From: Perkinsus olseni
Lineage: Eukaryota
Assembly: GCA_013115125.1 (NCBI GenBank)
Contig: JABANN010000175.1
Coordinates: 1-56,860, forward strand
DNA length: 56,860 nucleotides
Reading direction: 5' to 3'
Position numbers and translations under genes: made by a program. Within the stretch, counting starts at the first letter, position 1. The number at the start of each line of letters is the position of its first letter. Shown here in pieces: positions 23,450 to 36,081 of this stretch. The notes under the pieces were generated by a model. The model was given only the letters and a program-made list of their open reading frames with translations. It was not told the DNA's origin and did no database searches.

Positions 23450-24329
23450 CAACTGCAATACTGTGTAATTCACCCGACACTACCACTGCCCCGATTTAAC
23501 AGTATCATTTCACAGCCCGATATTTTCTATCTCATTTCTGCGATCATGAAGCCCTTCATCAGCATGTCGATAGGTAAATAAATATTTCCTCCGACGGTAG
23601 CGTCAGAAAGAGAAGTTGTGTTTGGTAAGTGAATCGTCCAGGCCCGTGCGCGTTACCCGGGATAACCTACCCTCAACTGCAGACCGTTGTTGCGGTACTT
23701 CGAGGTGTGGCCGGAGTTCGAGAAGCACTGTGGATCCCGAGGTACCCTACACTGCTCCTCTAATAGACTTTCCGGCATAGGGAACTTATGGCCAGATGCC
23801 AAGTCTCACAGCGACGTACTTTACGGAACATTCTCTGACGCGAATCATATCCTCAAGTTTCGAGTCCCTCGTTTGCAATCACAATGAAAGAGTGCAACGC
23901 ATCTTTGCTTCTGCGTGCTTAAACGCCTCGCTCTGCTGTTAAGTGGGGCGTAACCAAAGGTCACTTACAAATTCACCTGCAGAATCATTGGGGGGAAAAC
24001 GATTACCTACAAGAGTCCGATTCGGGCCGATTGTTCCGAGACCACCCTCAGGATCGTCGTCTTTTGCACCCTGAGATCAACTCTGAGAGCGAGCGCCCTG
24101 GAAAGTAGCAAAGGTTAATAAGACCCCATGGGATTATTATTATCGACGCGAGTGTCGTGTTGGGGATTATCGACAAGGATGAGGTTTCGAAATGAAGGTA
24201 TCCATGATTAGTTACACGAGCCTTCGTTAGCGACTTTAGCAAGAGCTTCTGCCAGAAGTAGCAGCTACTGACACGCAACAAGCTTGATGATAATGTGATG
24301 CATCATCTAGTAGTTAAGAGACATGTGCA

Positions 24330-26704
24330 TGCATGAGCTACACGGCTGCACATTCAACGCAACTTGGGCCTGAACCAAACCCTCGAGGTCCGAGTCTTCA
24401 AGATGGGCGTCGTGGCACACACGGGACAGTAATTGTTTCTAGCAGTAACAACCTGCACGAAAACAGAGGAGGTCGCGGGGCGTCGAAAGAGTACACCGAC
24501 CTCTCCATTCTCGTCGACCGTGTCACCATTGGCGTTGACCTCGATGACCCTGGGTCTAGCCCTTCTACGATGTCTATCGCGGACTTGATGGTACGCCCAG
24601 GACTTGATGCATTCGGCGTGGAACCAGTGCCCGCAGTCGGCCCTGAAGACTGTGACCTGACCAGAAACTCGATACTTCTATCGTGCTGATGACGATGGGT
24701 GGCTCACAACTGCTCGTTTGGAGCAGCGATGGCGCACGGCATTGGTGATTTCTGAGACCCGACTGGGACGGTCTAGGCTGAGAGTCGCTCGACTAGCTGG
24801 TTGGTGGAGGTCATCAGTGAGGCAGCACAGGCATATGGAACAGCTGCTACTTGGCACCCCATGGCATGCCTTGCAAAAGGTAACAAGGATGACATGCGAA
24901 AGGATCGGCCGTTATCAGAAGCTACCTTTCTAGGCCCAGAAAGGGGGCACACTGTGAATGTGCAGCCGGCGAGACTATTGAAGACTGATGTTACTTCGAG
25001 AAAGTGGGCATCCAATCGAAGACGCACCACCTGGAAACGGATTGGACAGCCTACGGGCGGATATGCTCAATGACATGCCGAAACTCTGACCTGATCCTAC
25101 TAGGAGGCCTGGCCGGGAGATGATCCAATCAGCCCAGAGGACCAAAAGCCTCAGGGTAACAAGCATCGCGATGTGGCAGAGGAGGGTAACCGACAGAAAC
25201 TATCGCCAAGCACGAAGCTCAAGGAAACAAATTAAGCTCTCATACCTTGAACCCTAGCCTGACTAGTCCGTCACCGTGAACCACTGCGGTGATAGCCATC
25301 CACAGGGCTTGCCTAGACGCGAAGAACACCGCGTGAATGGTGACGAGGGGCCTCTGTAGCGGCCACACGATGCCTGAACCATTGTAACCTCTACGAAGGG
25401 CGACGATACTCATGCGCACTACGGGAGGACTGCAGTAGAGTGAGGCTCATACAGACACCCATGATTGCTGTGACGATGAAGTCCAAGGCCAGCCATACCA
25501 TCCACAGCCCAGGACGTGCCGGGTACTGACCTCGCCAAGGGAGGATGTCGTATGGATGACGCGCATCTGATGAAGAGCCCATGCGGTCGGCTAGTTGCTG
25601 AGCATTGGTTAGGCCAAGCTCAGAGCGCGTTGTCAACAACTTGTTGATGACAAGGGTGACTGCGTCCAAGGTTGCTCAAGCAACGTCTCATGCCGTAGTA
25701 TCGCCAATGGTCACACAGTCCCTACTAACCTCTTGCCGGTGGCGTCTCCAATCCCACAATCTGAGCGTCGTCCCAGGCTGAGTCACAGATAGTGTACGAG
25801 CGAAGAGTGTGGGGGCAGACGTCGAGGTGGGCCGTATCCTGGCATATCTCGCGTGAACAGGTCGCCTGAGCTGTGACCTACGCCGATCACGTCATTGGCG
25901 TACTCCCCTAGGAGCAACAGTAACCTGTCTCCTGCCAAGGAGGCATAGACAGACAGGAGAGATATCTGAGATCGATTCCAAATCGAAGCCAGGTTGATGG
26001 AATGATATCAGCTTCGGCCCATTGATTCAGGTTATCTAATCCTAGCCATCGTGAAGTGTTACCCAGTTACTGTCATAGCCCAGAAGAAATCACTTCTCAC
26101 GAGCCTCCTCCATGTTTCGTACGCGTAAGTCGCCCACGGTCTCTCGGGCCTGTTTTCCTAGCAGGGAACCTCTCTTACAGGGCATGAGCCTTCCACCTCA
26201 CCCGCCAACGTTCCCTCGAGCTTGCTCGACTCGATGCCCTTCGTCGCAGCACAGGCATCGGTGACGCGAGGAGCGTATGGTAACGAAGATTGAGACGGTC
26301 CACACTATTCTGTGGAACTCAGCACAACACAAACACCGGTACCAAGTTATATCCGGTCAAGAGCTCCCGAGAGAAGCCCGGGGAATTGCAATAACAAGAC
26401 AGCGCCCAAGCCATACTTGAAGCATCCGTCCACTCAAGGTACACAGGTTGGCCGATTAACCCAGATTTTACGCCTTTCCACCAATGATAAGCCTTGCTGA
26501 CTCGGAACTCAGCAGCCAATGTACTGCGACACCAACCTTATCGTGCCGATTACCACAGTGCTGAACCTCCCCACTCACTACTCGCAAACACCACACACTA
26601 TCCCTGCTTTCAGATACATAATAATCGCGGGAATGAAATCCGTCCGGGAGCACCAACATGAGGTCCTCAAAGGACTAACTACACTAACCTCCTGAAAGCC
26701 TCAC
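24330..26704 (-). mobile_element. Probable degenerate LTR-retrotransposon relic (LTR-like 26311-26704 plus decayed internal region)
   Basis: A 394-bp segment is bounded by TGTG...CACA. The adjoining 2 kb has broken reading frames with a Cys/His cluster (CYLCKACHG...CSICLCC). No RT or integrase motif was recognised. Confidence 0.35.
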
Positions 26705-26761
26705 AATATAATAGTTGATGAAGGATGCGCTATGACATAAATCAGATGTAGGCGAATAAGC

Positions 26762-27850
26762 CTAATACACGTAGTTGGCAACATAAAGACTCTCGCTTCC
26801 CGGGCCTCCTTCAGTGCCCTTGTACTTGCCAAGCTGCGCCTCGCTGTTAGCCTTGGCACGGAAAGCGAACGCCTCCTGAGCAGCCTTCACATTTTCGGCC
26901 TTACCGGCCCAAGTCTTAATGGCTGTCGCCTGCAAGGCGCGTCCGTAGGAGAATGTTAGAGCCCAAGGCCTTCGTTCCTTTGGCATGGCGTTCATGGCAG
27001 ACAGGTTGACCGAGGCCTCCTCCTCGCTCTGACCACCAGACAGGAAAGTGACTCCAACCAGGGCAGGCGGCACAGTCCTCTGTAGCGTGCGAACCGTATA
27101 GCGGGCGATGTCCGCCGGGCTTGGGCGAGTCGAACACTGCATGCCAGTGGTTACCATGTTGGGCTTGAGCAAGCACCCCTCAAGGAGTATGTGATGATCG
27201 TTGAGGGCCTTGAACACAGCCGTGAGGACTCTTTCGGTGACGTAAGCACAAGTCTCGATGTCATGAGTGCCATCAGCCAGGATCTCCGGCTCAACAATAG
27301 GGACGATCCTGTGCTCTTGACAGATGGAAGCGTAGCGGGCCAAGGTGTGAGCAGTCTCATCGATAGACAGCTGTGACGGCTGATGCTTCACCTGACTTAT
27401 CTTCAACACAGCACGCCACTTGGCGAACCTGGCTCCAGCTTGGTAGTACTTAGCGCACCTCTCAGCCAGACCGTCGAGGCCCTGTGTGGCAGTCTCCTGG
27501 TCCGAAAGATGCAGAGCAACCAAGCCCTTGTCGACCTTGATACCGGGAATGATTCCAGCCTTGCGAAGGAGCTCGACCATAGGCGTACCATCAGGGGCCT
27601 TCTGGTAGAGCGTCTCCTCGTACAGGATCGAACCGGATATATACTTGCCAACGTCCGGGGTGGTGAACAGGAGTGCCCTGTAGGCTGCCCTATTAGCCTC
27701 AGTGTTGTCAATGCCAGCGGCATCGAACCTCTTCTTGATAGTGCCAGTGGACTCATCTGCAGCCAGGATTCCCTTGCCAGGCGTACAGATAGTCTGAGCC
27801 GTTTTCACGAGCTCGGCCGCAGCGTCTTGATCAATATGGCGGACGGGCAT
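26762..27850 (-). CDS. FBA: Fructose-bisphosphate aldolase class I (362 aa, intronless)
   Basis: [39 protein letters not shown] (Schiff-base Lys), [20 protein letters not shown]-terminal Tyr. Confidence 0.99.
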   Translation of the reverse strand: MPVRHIDQDAAAELVKTAQTICTPGKGILAADESTGTIKKRFDAAGIDNTEANRAAYRALLFTTPDVGKYISGSILYEETLYQKAPDGTPMVELLRKAGIIPGIKVDKGLVALHLSDQETATQGLDGLAERCAKYYQAGARFAKWRAVLKISQVKHQPSQLSIDETAHTLARYASICQEHRIVPIVEPEILADGTHDIETCAYVTERVLTAVFKALNDHHILLEGCLLKPNMVTTGMQCSTRPSPADIARYTVRTLQRTVPPALVGVTFLSGGQSEEEASVNLSAMNAMPKERRPWALTFSYGRALQATAIKTWAGKAENVKAAQEAFAFRAKANSEAQLGKYKGTEGGPGSESLYVANYVY

Positions 27851-28296
27851 TGTAGTGGAAAGCTCTTCAACAAAGGTGGTGGAGACGACTTCGCAGTGCG
27901 TGTAGCTTTCAATGGGGATAGGGCGCGTCTTGGCAATCGATTCATGCGTGCAGAATCTTAGCTTGAAATTCAAGCCTTGAATAAGGTCGGAGGACGTTGG
28001 AGGACAATGGCCACACGAAGGCTTTACCCTTTTACGGGAGCGGAAAGGCTCTCTCTAGTAGGCATCTCGCAGACGGTGTGTATTGAATCCCTCGCGGAAC
28101 AATGCCATTGTGCGCTGACTGGGGCGTGCGCTATTTACGCAGAAGGTCAAAACCCATCGCTGCGGTTCGAACCTTCGCGGGTTATGCGTCAAGGATCTTT
28201 GGCTGCGTTGCGTGCAACTTACTTGCAATCCGACTCCCGCTCCCCGTCCATCATAGTCGCCCTCTTAGCAGTGCTCCTGTCCACCCTTCTCCACTA

Positions 28297-28756
28297 ATGG
28301 CCGAGGAAAGCGCTGATGCCTTGTTTGTTGGCACCCTTGATCGCCTGACGGCCGAGCACCCTCACACCGACGACCCCAGATTCGCCTTCCAGTCGAATCA
28401 GTGGAACAACTGTGAGGTCAGTGGACCATTCCATTGCCTTCATTACTCAACATTCCGAATTTTCTCAGCTCCGCTTCACACAGTTCTGTCGCTGCACTCG
28501 CGAGCTCGGCGAAGACGACCCAAGATGCAAGTAAGCTTTCCCGCGTATGCCCGTGATCGACCTAAGATACTCCTGTTCAGGTATCAGTACTATCGTGCCC
28601 AAACGGTCTGCCACGAGTTCCTGCTCGAGGACTGGATGGAGCATAGACACCGAGGTAACCATTACCGTCCCCTTCCAGCTCTCCCACTGTCTCGTTCGAG
28701 GTACCTGCGATCTCGACATCATGCCTGATCGACAGGTCATCCACATGAGACAATAG
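28297..28756 (+). CDS. COX6B: Cytochrome c oxidase subunit 6B, apicomplexan type (4 exons)
   Basis: DPRFAFQSNQWNNCE|LRFTQFCRCTRELGEDDPRCK|YQYYRAQTVC...DW..HR|GTCDLDIMPDR. Confidence 0.88.
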
Positions 28757-28779
28757 TCGACACCTATCATTGTTGCACC

Positions 28780-29510
28780 ATGATTATGTACACCCATTGC
28801 CGAGGCTCTGGGACGGCGGTAGCGTATAGCGAGGCAGTCTGACCTTTTTTGATACTGTTCTTGGGCTTGCGTTGAGTCTGTGGACTGGGAAATCATCACG
28901 AGCCTTCAGTGGTTGTTGCACCCTGACGACCATGGGCAACTTGATGACGAGCACACCGTGGTCTGTCTGCAGCATGTTCGCTGTGAGTGGTGAGGTCAGG
29001 ATAGCTACTCACCACTGGAAGCGGTTCAGGGCTGGAGGCTGCCTAGCGATCCTCGAGAATGGAAGGAGAAGCATCGCGTGATGGTGGCCGTCCGCCTCTT
29101 CGACGAGTATGATCGGGATGATGACAGCCTTGTGGATCTCATCCAGCTGACCAGTCTTTTCAAGTAAGTTGTGGCCAAGGGGGCGGAGCGAAGCCGTTAC
29201 TCAGGAATCTGGCATTGGAGCTGGAGTTGTTCTTTGATGTTCCTGAGGACGCTCGCCTGTCGTCTGACGATGGTAACCCTCTACCTCTCTGGGGTGTTCG
29301 GTTCTTCGTGCACTCAGGGGTAATGAGTAGGAGTACTGAGATCATGATGCGGTATGGAAGGTCGGGAGGCCCTCTCAAGCTCACGTTTATCCGCTTCCTT
29401 CCTCTCTTCAACGTAAGTCGTAGCTCTGGGCTGATAAGTGGGAGAATTCTTGAAGGGACCCAGCATTCCCTCAGGAGTTTTTCGATCAGCTAGTGGCCGA
29501 CCTCTGAGCA
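28780..29510 (+). CDS. Small multi-exon hypothetical protein with an EF-hand-like loop
   Basis: Exon RLFDEYDRDDDSLVDLIQLTSLF is flanked by canonical splice sites (donor GTAAGT at 29164). Both ends are uncertain. Confidence 0.45.
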
Positions 29511-29787
29511 TGTGCATGCCTTCTAATTACATCAGTTTCTCTCACCGCCAGTGTTGAGTTGACGAACTTTTATTACCACTGTGGAGTGCAGTGTCGACCT
29601 CTTCTGTATTTAGCCGGGGACTCTTGACGCTTCTTGTCTGGACGGTGCTCTGTGTTGCCTTCGGAAGGTTACCGTCTCGGTTTTATCGCCCTCTTGAAGG
29701 GGCGTGCGGACGCGTAGGTGGGTCCGTGAATCGTCCACAGTGCGTTTTTTGTTTATTTGCACTTTGCCGTTTAAAGCAACAAGAGAG

Positions 29788-31345
29788 ATGGAAGACGAGC
29801 TCCTTGAAGTCCGTGATTCCTTCTACGTGGGAGCCTACTCCCGATCTCTGCAGCTGTCGGAACAGACTGCTGTCAGCTCGGATATGGTAGCAGCCGAAAA
29901 GGAGGCCCTCAACGGCAGGTACTCAGGGAAGGGTTCACGCCTGTTGGGCCATTGAGGGGCTCCTGTGTAGGTGCTATCTAGCAGCTGGCATGCTAGACCA
30001 CATCAAGGGCATGCAGCACAGCCCGAACCCTGCCCTCAAGGCTACTGCGCTGATGGCCGTGTAGGACGGCAGTGGTGCTGCTGCTGCTGGTGATTAGTGA
30101 GGAGCATCAGGTACCTGCGAACGCCCCAGGAGGGGCAGCGTAAGACGGCCTTGGATCGTCTACAGGAGCTGGCCACTACCACCAAGGACCCGACTGCACT
30201 GTAGGGCTCCCCCTCCTACCCTTCTCGAGTAGTGGTTGAACCGTCCTAGCAGGTACTACTACGCGACTGCCCTGTCTGGCAGCGGGCAGGGGGCCATGGG
30301 AGCGGTAGATGCCATCAACTTGACTAAGGAGTACTCCAATCCGGAGATGTTGGCAGTTCGGACCTTCCTGGCGGTACTGTTCGGATTTTGGTATTGCAAT
30401 ATGGCTGAATGATGGCATGTTAGATATCGATTGATAGACTGGATCTAGCGGAGCGAAGCTTGAAGGAGTTGGGTAAAATGTGTGCGGGTGATGAGCCTGC
30501 TGCGGCCAAGTACGCCAACGCAGCATGCTCAATAATGAAGGGCGATAACGAGGAGGGCTATCTAGTGTAAGCTTCCGCGCTCATCGCTCTTTCGACCTTC
30601 GGTACTCAACCGTAACCGCTGGTTGACCTAGTTAGTCGATTGCTATAGCGCATGGGCTCCGAGATTTTGAGGCTAACTCGAGAATAGTCTCACCCTCCAC
30701 CCGCGCCGTGAATTTTTCCGAAACTTGGAGTTCGAAGGCGTCTTTTCTGTTGCTGCTGCTGATGGTGATCTTTACTCAGAATGACTGATTTGGGCTCCCA
30801 GTACTCCTGTGATGAGATGAGCCCTGGTGGGACGGAGTCGATCCTTCTCACCAACGGCAAGGCAGTGGCCAACCTCCAAAGGGGCATGTATCAGGAGGTG
30901 CTCACAGCGCCTGGCGTCCAAGTTGATGAACCCGACTCTCAGGCTTATGACGATCTGCTCCGCGTCCTGCAGCTCGACCAGCGTAATCCGGACACTTTGG
31001 TGAATCTAGCCTGTGCGGCTACGCATCTTGGGAAGCTAGAAGAAGCCCAGAAGTAATACAGGAGCTCACTTGAACTCTATAGAGCAGTTTTGAATTTGAT
31101 ACGTGCTTCTATTGTGCTCTCACTGGGTTCGAACTGAGACGTCTAGGATTCTCACTATTCGGCACTGGGCTACGATTGAGTTCTCGAATATTGTTCGTGC
31201 ACAGGTACAAACAGACTCTCCAGCAGCTCCCAAGCGTCGGCTCAGCTCAGGCGTAGGTCCACTGTATTCTAGTAAGGGATGGTAAGTGATTCTGCTCGGT
31301 CAGGTACACAGCGGGCCTTCAAGAGTTGTCCAACAGTTTTTCTAG
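29788..31345 (+). CDS. COPE: Coatomer subunit epsilon, multi-exon
   Basis: DELLEVRDSFYVGAY, IDRLDLAERSLKEL, LLTNGKAVANLQRG, NPDTLVNL. The 3' end is approximate. Confidence 0.9.
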
Positions 31346-31458
31346 ATTTCAACCCACTAAGTGAGTAGTCCATCTAAGTCACCATTGTTGACCGTAAGCA
31401 GCCTTAGTGTATCCGTAGAAGGGCTCAGAGTTGTTAATGAAGGGTAGCGTGCAACAGC

Positions 31459-33820
31459 ATGGGGAAGGTGGGCCACCGTTATCCACGGAATAGCCCGGAA
31501 GCCTGACTTAATGGATGTTTGGTTAGTCGCACAGGATGGGTCGAACAGAGTGCTTTCAACCGGCGGAAAGACTCTCGAAGATCGTGCGTAGCCTTTCAGT
31601 CGTGTCCGCTTCTCCTGCAGTCGCTGCCTCGAGTGAGCCATAGGATAGTCACCGTGATAGAGGTAGTAGTATCGACCATCGTGCACTACTCAATACACTG
31701 CGCCACTCACTGTGACCAGTCAATCCAAATAGCGACTGGAAGCTCCCGGCGTCCGCCTTACAATGTTCATACCGCCCGGCGGCTACGGGTTCCAATTCAA
31801 CCGTATCCAACAGCAGCAGCAGGTTCGGAGGATGCCCTCTGCGGGCGGTGAGCGACTGTAGGGTGTAGTACCGCGCTGCTCTCTCAAGACGGCTCGACCC
31901 GTGCAGGTTCTCCGCGCCCACGAGCGTCGTCTCGGGGAACCACACGGTGAGGACCACGGGTAACTTCGCCGCGTCCTCGCCAATGCCGCCCCCGCCCTTC
32001 ACACCAGCGGTAGCGGCTCACCCGAGCATGCCAGGAGTTACTCATGGTGTGGTACCCACCAGGAGTGCCACTCCTGACAACTACCTGGCGGGATGTGCTA
32101 CTCCAATGGCGCCACCGGCGGGCGCGTCTGACGTGTCGGCGGTGAGAAGATATCACACGACCGTTGCCACTCCCTCGAGTGGGGTACCGCAGCAGCGAGC
32201 AGTGTATAGCCCTCTGAGGGGGTTGTGCAGTAGCGCAGCCATGAAGCCAGCGGCTGCGTCACCTCCGCTTAAAGTCGAAACTCAAGTGGAGAAGATTCCC
32301 GCTCATCCAGCGAAGGTCGAGCATGGACAGAGTAGGGGCATTACGCTTCCGGTGATGCTACTCTTTTACTGTCATCCACAGCTCAACAACAACAACAACC
32401 ACAACAACAACGCCGGAAGATGGAACAGAAGAAGTCTACACAGAAGTCTACCAGGCGTCCTGGCGGGGCCGCAAGAACCCCGACACCGTCGACAGGGCCT
32501 CCGAGAGTGTCCGAGGGTCGCAGGTTCTCTGCGGTCCGGAAAGTCACAGCGAAAGCAGCGGCGCCAGAAAAAGTAATCACCACGCGTATCTGGTCATGCT
32601 CTCAGGGTTTCTCTAGGTGACCAAACCGCCACAGCTCGCACGGCGAGCCGCTGAACGAACGCCACCTCTCATTGAACTCTCTCCGCCCAAGAAGCTTTCG
32701 GAAGAGAGGGTAGCAGCCGTCGGTGAGCAGGGGAAGGTGGTACTGGACCAGCCACCGCATCTCGCCAATCACTAACCGTGTCAGGTGGAGTTGGTCGAGG
32801 CCGCGGAGAGCCGACCCACCGGTGATGCCCAGCTGGACCAGCTGAAGGACATGCGGAGGACAGTACAGCTCCGCGATGTCCCTATTGGCAAGGCACTACG
32901 GTAGACAAATCTTACAGTGCCTTCACGCGTTCAAGCATGGGCCACCCCAGGCACTTTGCTGGTCAGTGCATGAAGGCGGGCTGTACAGAAGATACGGCTA
33001 ATGAACCAGCAGCGGAGTAATACTAGATTAGACTCGGGCCTGGTATCGGTCCTCAGTTTCACCCCGCAAACCTTCACAAAAGCGTATCGGAGTCTGCTGG
33101 AATCCTGTGCGATCGCGTCCAACGAGGATGATGAACAGATAGAGCGTGAGAGCCGGTTGTCGAGTGATGGCCTCGTGGACGCTGGACGGGTCAGCCTCTT
33201 TGGGCGGAGGGCTGAACTTCTGCCGACGGTCTTCTCCGCATGCGACGTCCCTGGGCTCATCCCTTCAGCTTGTCGTCTAGAGAAGAGGCCACGCGGAATG
33301 TACGATAAATAGTTCGCAGGTTTATTGGCCCTGTTCGACCGAGACAAGAATGGGAGAGTTGATCTCATGGAGGTCATCTGCGGACTCTCCCTGATATGCA
33401 GTGGCACCGAGAAGGAGAAGCTTGAGGGTATCTTTGATATATTCGACGCCGATGGGGACGGCCGAATCACCCTGCACGAGATGACGACCTTCCTGCGTAA
33501 CGTGTATAGAATAGTGAGTAGCGTTGAGGAGAAGCGTGCCTTCCTCCGCCTTGTTGGCAGCAGGTGCTCACACCCTTAGTCGTAGAGAGAATGAAATCGG
33601 TGGGAGTCTCGCTGACCACTGCGGAGGCCTTGGCCGCAGTCACCGCTAAGGAGTGCTTTGCCAACGTGGACTCTGAAGGGTCGGGGATGATGAAGTAAGG
33701 CTGGCTGTATTTTGTTCTTTACCATCTTGACGGTCTCAGCTGCAACGACTTCTACGGATGGTTTTGTACTCCTCAAAAGCATGCTCTGTTCGTAGCTGGC
33801 TCGATGGACGGCCTCTTTAA
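31459..33820 (+). CDS. EF-hand calcium-binding protein (calcineurin-B/NCS-like C-terminus) with a long Pro/Ala/Thr-rich N-terminus
   Basis: FDRDKNGRVDLME, EKLEGIFDIFDADGDGRITLHE, VDSEGSG. Start and stop are approximate. Confidence 0.7.
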
Positions 33821-34247
33821 TTGATCAGTACATTGAAGCATGATCATTTCCGCACAAACGAGCGATGTTGAGTCGTCGGGTAGTAGGCAACCTCGGCGGT
33901 CTGCCGCCGGTAGACTACCAAAAGACTCTCACGAAGACAATAACAATTGATACATAAGCCAAGATTTGGCGCCCTTTTCGTGTTGCCCAGCGACATTGCC
34001 GTCTGAATCTTAGATTTTACAGAACAACAACCGTTGAGGCACCCTGAGGATCCTCGTGCTCCACAGATTGGAAGTTGCGACTCTCCTTGCACCAAATCGC
34101 GCGGAAAGGTTTATGCGCCGTCTCGAGCGAGCCCTGTATCCCGGGGAGTCTCCTTACAGTCGACAAGATCACAACTCGTCAAAGGACATGATGACCTTGC
34201 GGAAGCGGACGCCGTGCCTTCATGCAGTGTGAAGGTTTGTCCCGCGA

Positions 34248-35353
34248 ATGTCGATGAAGGGAGTTGCGACCGCTACTGCATTGGCGGCCTTCTTAGCTCC
34301 TCGCGCCTTGGCTGACGTGAGAGTATTGTGTCGTAGGTCGGTGTACTCTCCTTATGGTAACAGTAACGATCCATCGTCGAGAACCCCTTCAAGTATCTTT
34401 TCATTACACGGCTGCTGTCATTTCAGAGCTTTCCTTCGCTGAACGAGACATACTTCTCCCCCAAGAATAACGGGGCTGTTTGATACTACCGCAACGGTGT
34501 AGAGGAGCAAGCAGACAGTGAAACGCTGGGGGTGGCGGTCGGCCAGACAAGCAATCTGATAACAGAAGAGATCGTCTGTCCGAGGACTCTCAGCCGGCTG
34601 GCATTCAGGAGTCTTTAGTAGGGCTCTAGTCTCTTGACCGTGTCCTCTTTAGCCCAACGCTGCCTTCCTTGATTCAGCTACTGGCCCAAGAACGTCCTTC
34701 ATCATTATCTACGCGGCTATCCACATTCATATCCGGCCTTGGCGATGTCATTCCGTGAACATCCTCCCTTCGGCACTGGTTTAGATCCCCTTAGGAAGAT
34801 CCAGAGGACGAACTCAAAGCTTTAGGGCAAGCTGGAGCAGACACGTTTGACGCAGCGGAAAATGTCTGCCGAGTTGTGAGGGAAGTTTTGGAAGCGTCGT
34901 TTGCATCGTTTGCAAGTCTTTGCGGGGAGGTTCGCGTGAGCTCCGATGCCGCTATTGAAGCTGCCCGTTATGAAAGACGAGATTTCGTGCCGACTCAGTT
35001 TGGCTTTACTGACATAATCCTCCCTCTCTTACCTGGTCATAATGATATGCGCTGATGCCACTTCCTATTGGCTATGCGTTGTTGTTGACGGGTATAAGCC
35101 TGTGAAGAGATGTTCAATGATGATAGGAATGATTATGATGTATTGTTGTTATGTCTCATGTCCCCAGAGGTCGGGAAGAGCTAGTGTTCCGATAGTTGGC
35201 CACAGCCGCGGTGAGGGGCGGATCCTGCCAGGAGGGACTGAGCTGGGCTGGTGTCTTCTGTCCGTTCTCCGAGGCAGCAGAATTCGGGGTTGCTGAATCA
35301 CTCAACTGAGTCTATCACCGTCATTCTGCTAGCACATAGGCCTCGAGTCTAAG
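34248..35353 (+). pseudogene. Signal-peptide gene fragment, possibly GDA1/CD39 (apyrase)-like and truncated
   Basis: MKGVATATALAAFLAPRALA leader, then C-ADATSY...VVDGY and GTELGW, which resemble the apyrase ACR5 region. No ACR1-4 seen and apparent in-frame stops. Confidence 0.3.
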
Positions 35354-36081
35354 TTTGCGAGGGTGTGAGACCCCGAACTGACACACGGAGTGGCGATGGT
35401 CAGGTCATCTCCTATCCCCGGTAAGGCAGGGGCTAAACATCATCCCTGCTTACAGTTCATTGCCTTCACGTACCAAACCTCGACTCGAACACAAGGCGCC
35501 ACAGGATTGGGCTATCATCTGGACTCAACGGCCCGATGAAGCAGATATACAGCAATATTCATATACAGCCGCCGACCAAGCACGACAGGGCGCTATGCCG
35601 ATATACATCAATGGACGCTGAACCTGCCCCTTCGAAATAAGAAGAAAAAAATCGGTGTGTCGGGGCACACTTCGCAACAGTGACTGGTCTGAGCGTCACA
35701 GCTTGCTTGGGACTAATGATCAGAGCGCGCACAAGAGTCACGCCAAGGGCTAACACTTGCGGCTAGCTGAGACCGACAGAGTTGTGTGCCGAACACAATA
35801 CAGGGGACGAGCAAGGTGAGGTAACGACTCCGGCTCGAACTGTACCTCCAAGCACACGTGCTTTCCAATTTATCTGCTCTCCCCCTCCGGCCTTGCCCCA
35901 TCGCGGGTACAACGGTAGTCAGTTCAACCAGTGCACTTTTCTCCACTTTTGCCGTATGCACGTGGCGATTGCGCCCCCCCCCCCCGCCAGCGTTAACTCA
36001 GGAGAACACAAGTCTTGGATGTTGTGAAACCAGTGTTTAACAGCACACACTACACCCCGTCAACCAGACAGCAGCTTCGCA

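Noticed and set aside
27851-27973. 41-aa N-terminal extension of aldolase as a targeting peptide
   Set aside because: It depends on a TTG start. The first in-frame ATG at 27850 gives a normal-length aldolase.
27995-28016. Spliced-leader relic upstream of aldolase
   Set aside because: Only about 12 of 19 positions match ACCGTAGCCATYTTGGCTCAAG, which is not distinguishable from chance.
29314-29517. Minus-strand ORF ending in TGA as a selenocysteine or readthrough case
   Set aside because: Splice signals and the EF-hand-like exon place the gene on the + strand, so this is a shadow ORF.
35375-35430. U1 snRNA-like CTTACC...GGAGAT...CACTCCG on the minus strand
   Set aside because: Better explained as the complement of a + strand splice donor (GTAAGG). 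No Sm site or U1 stems.
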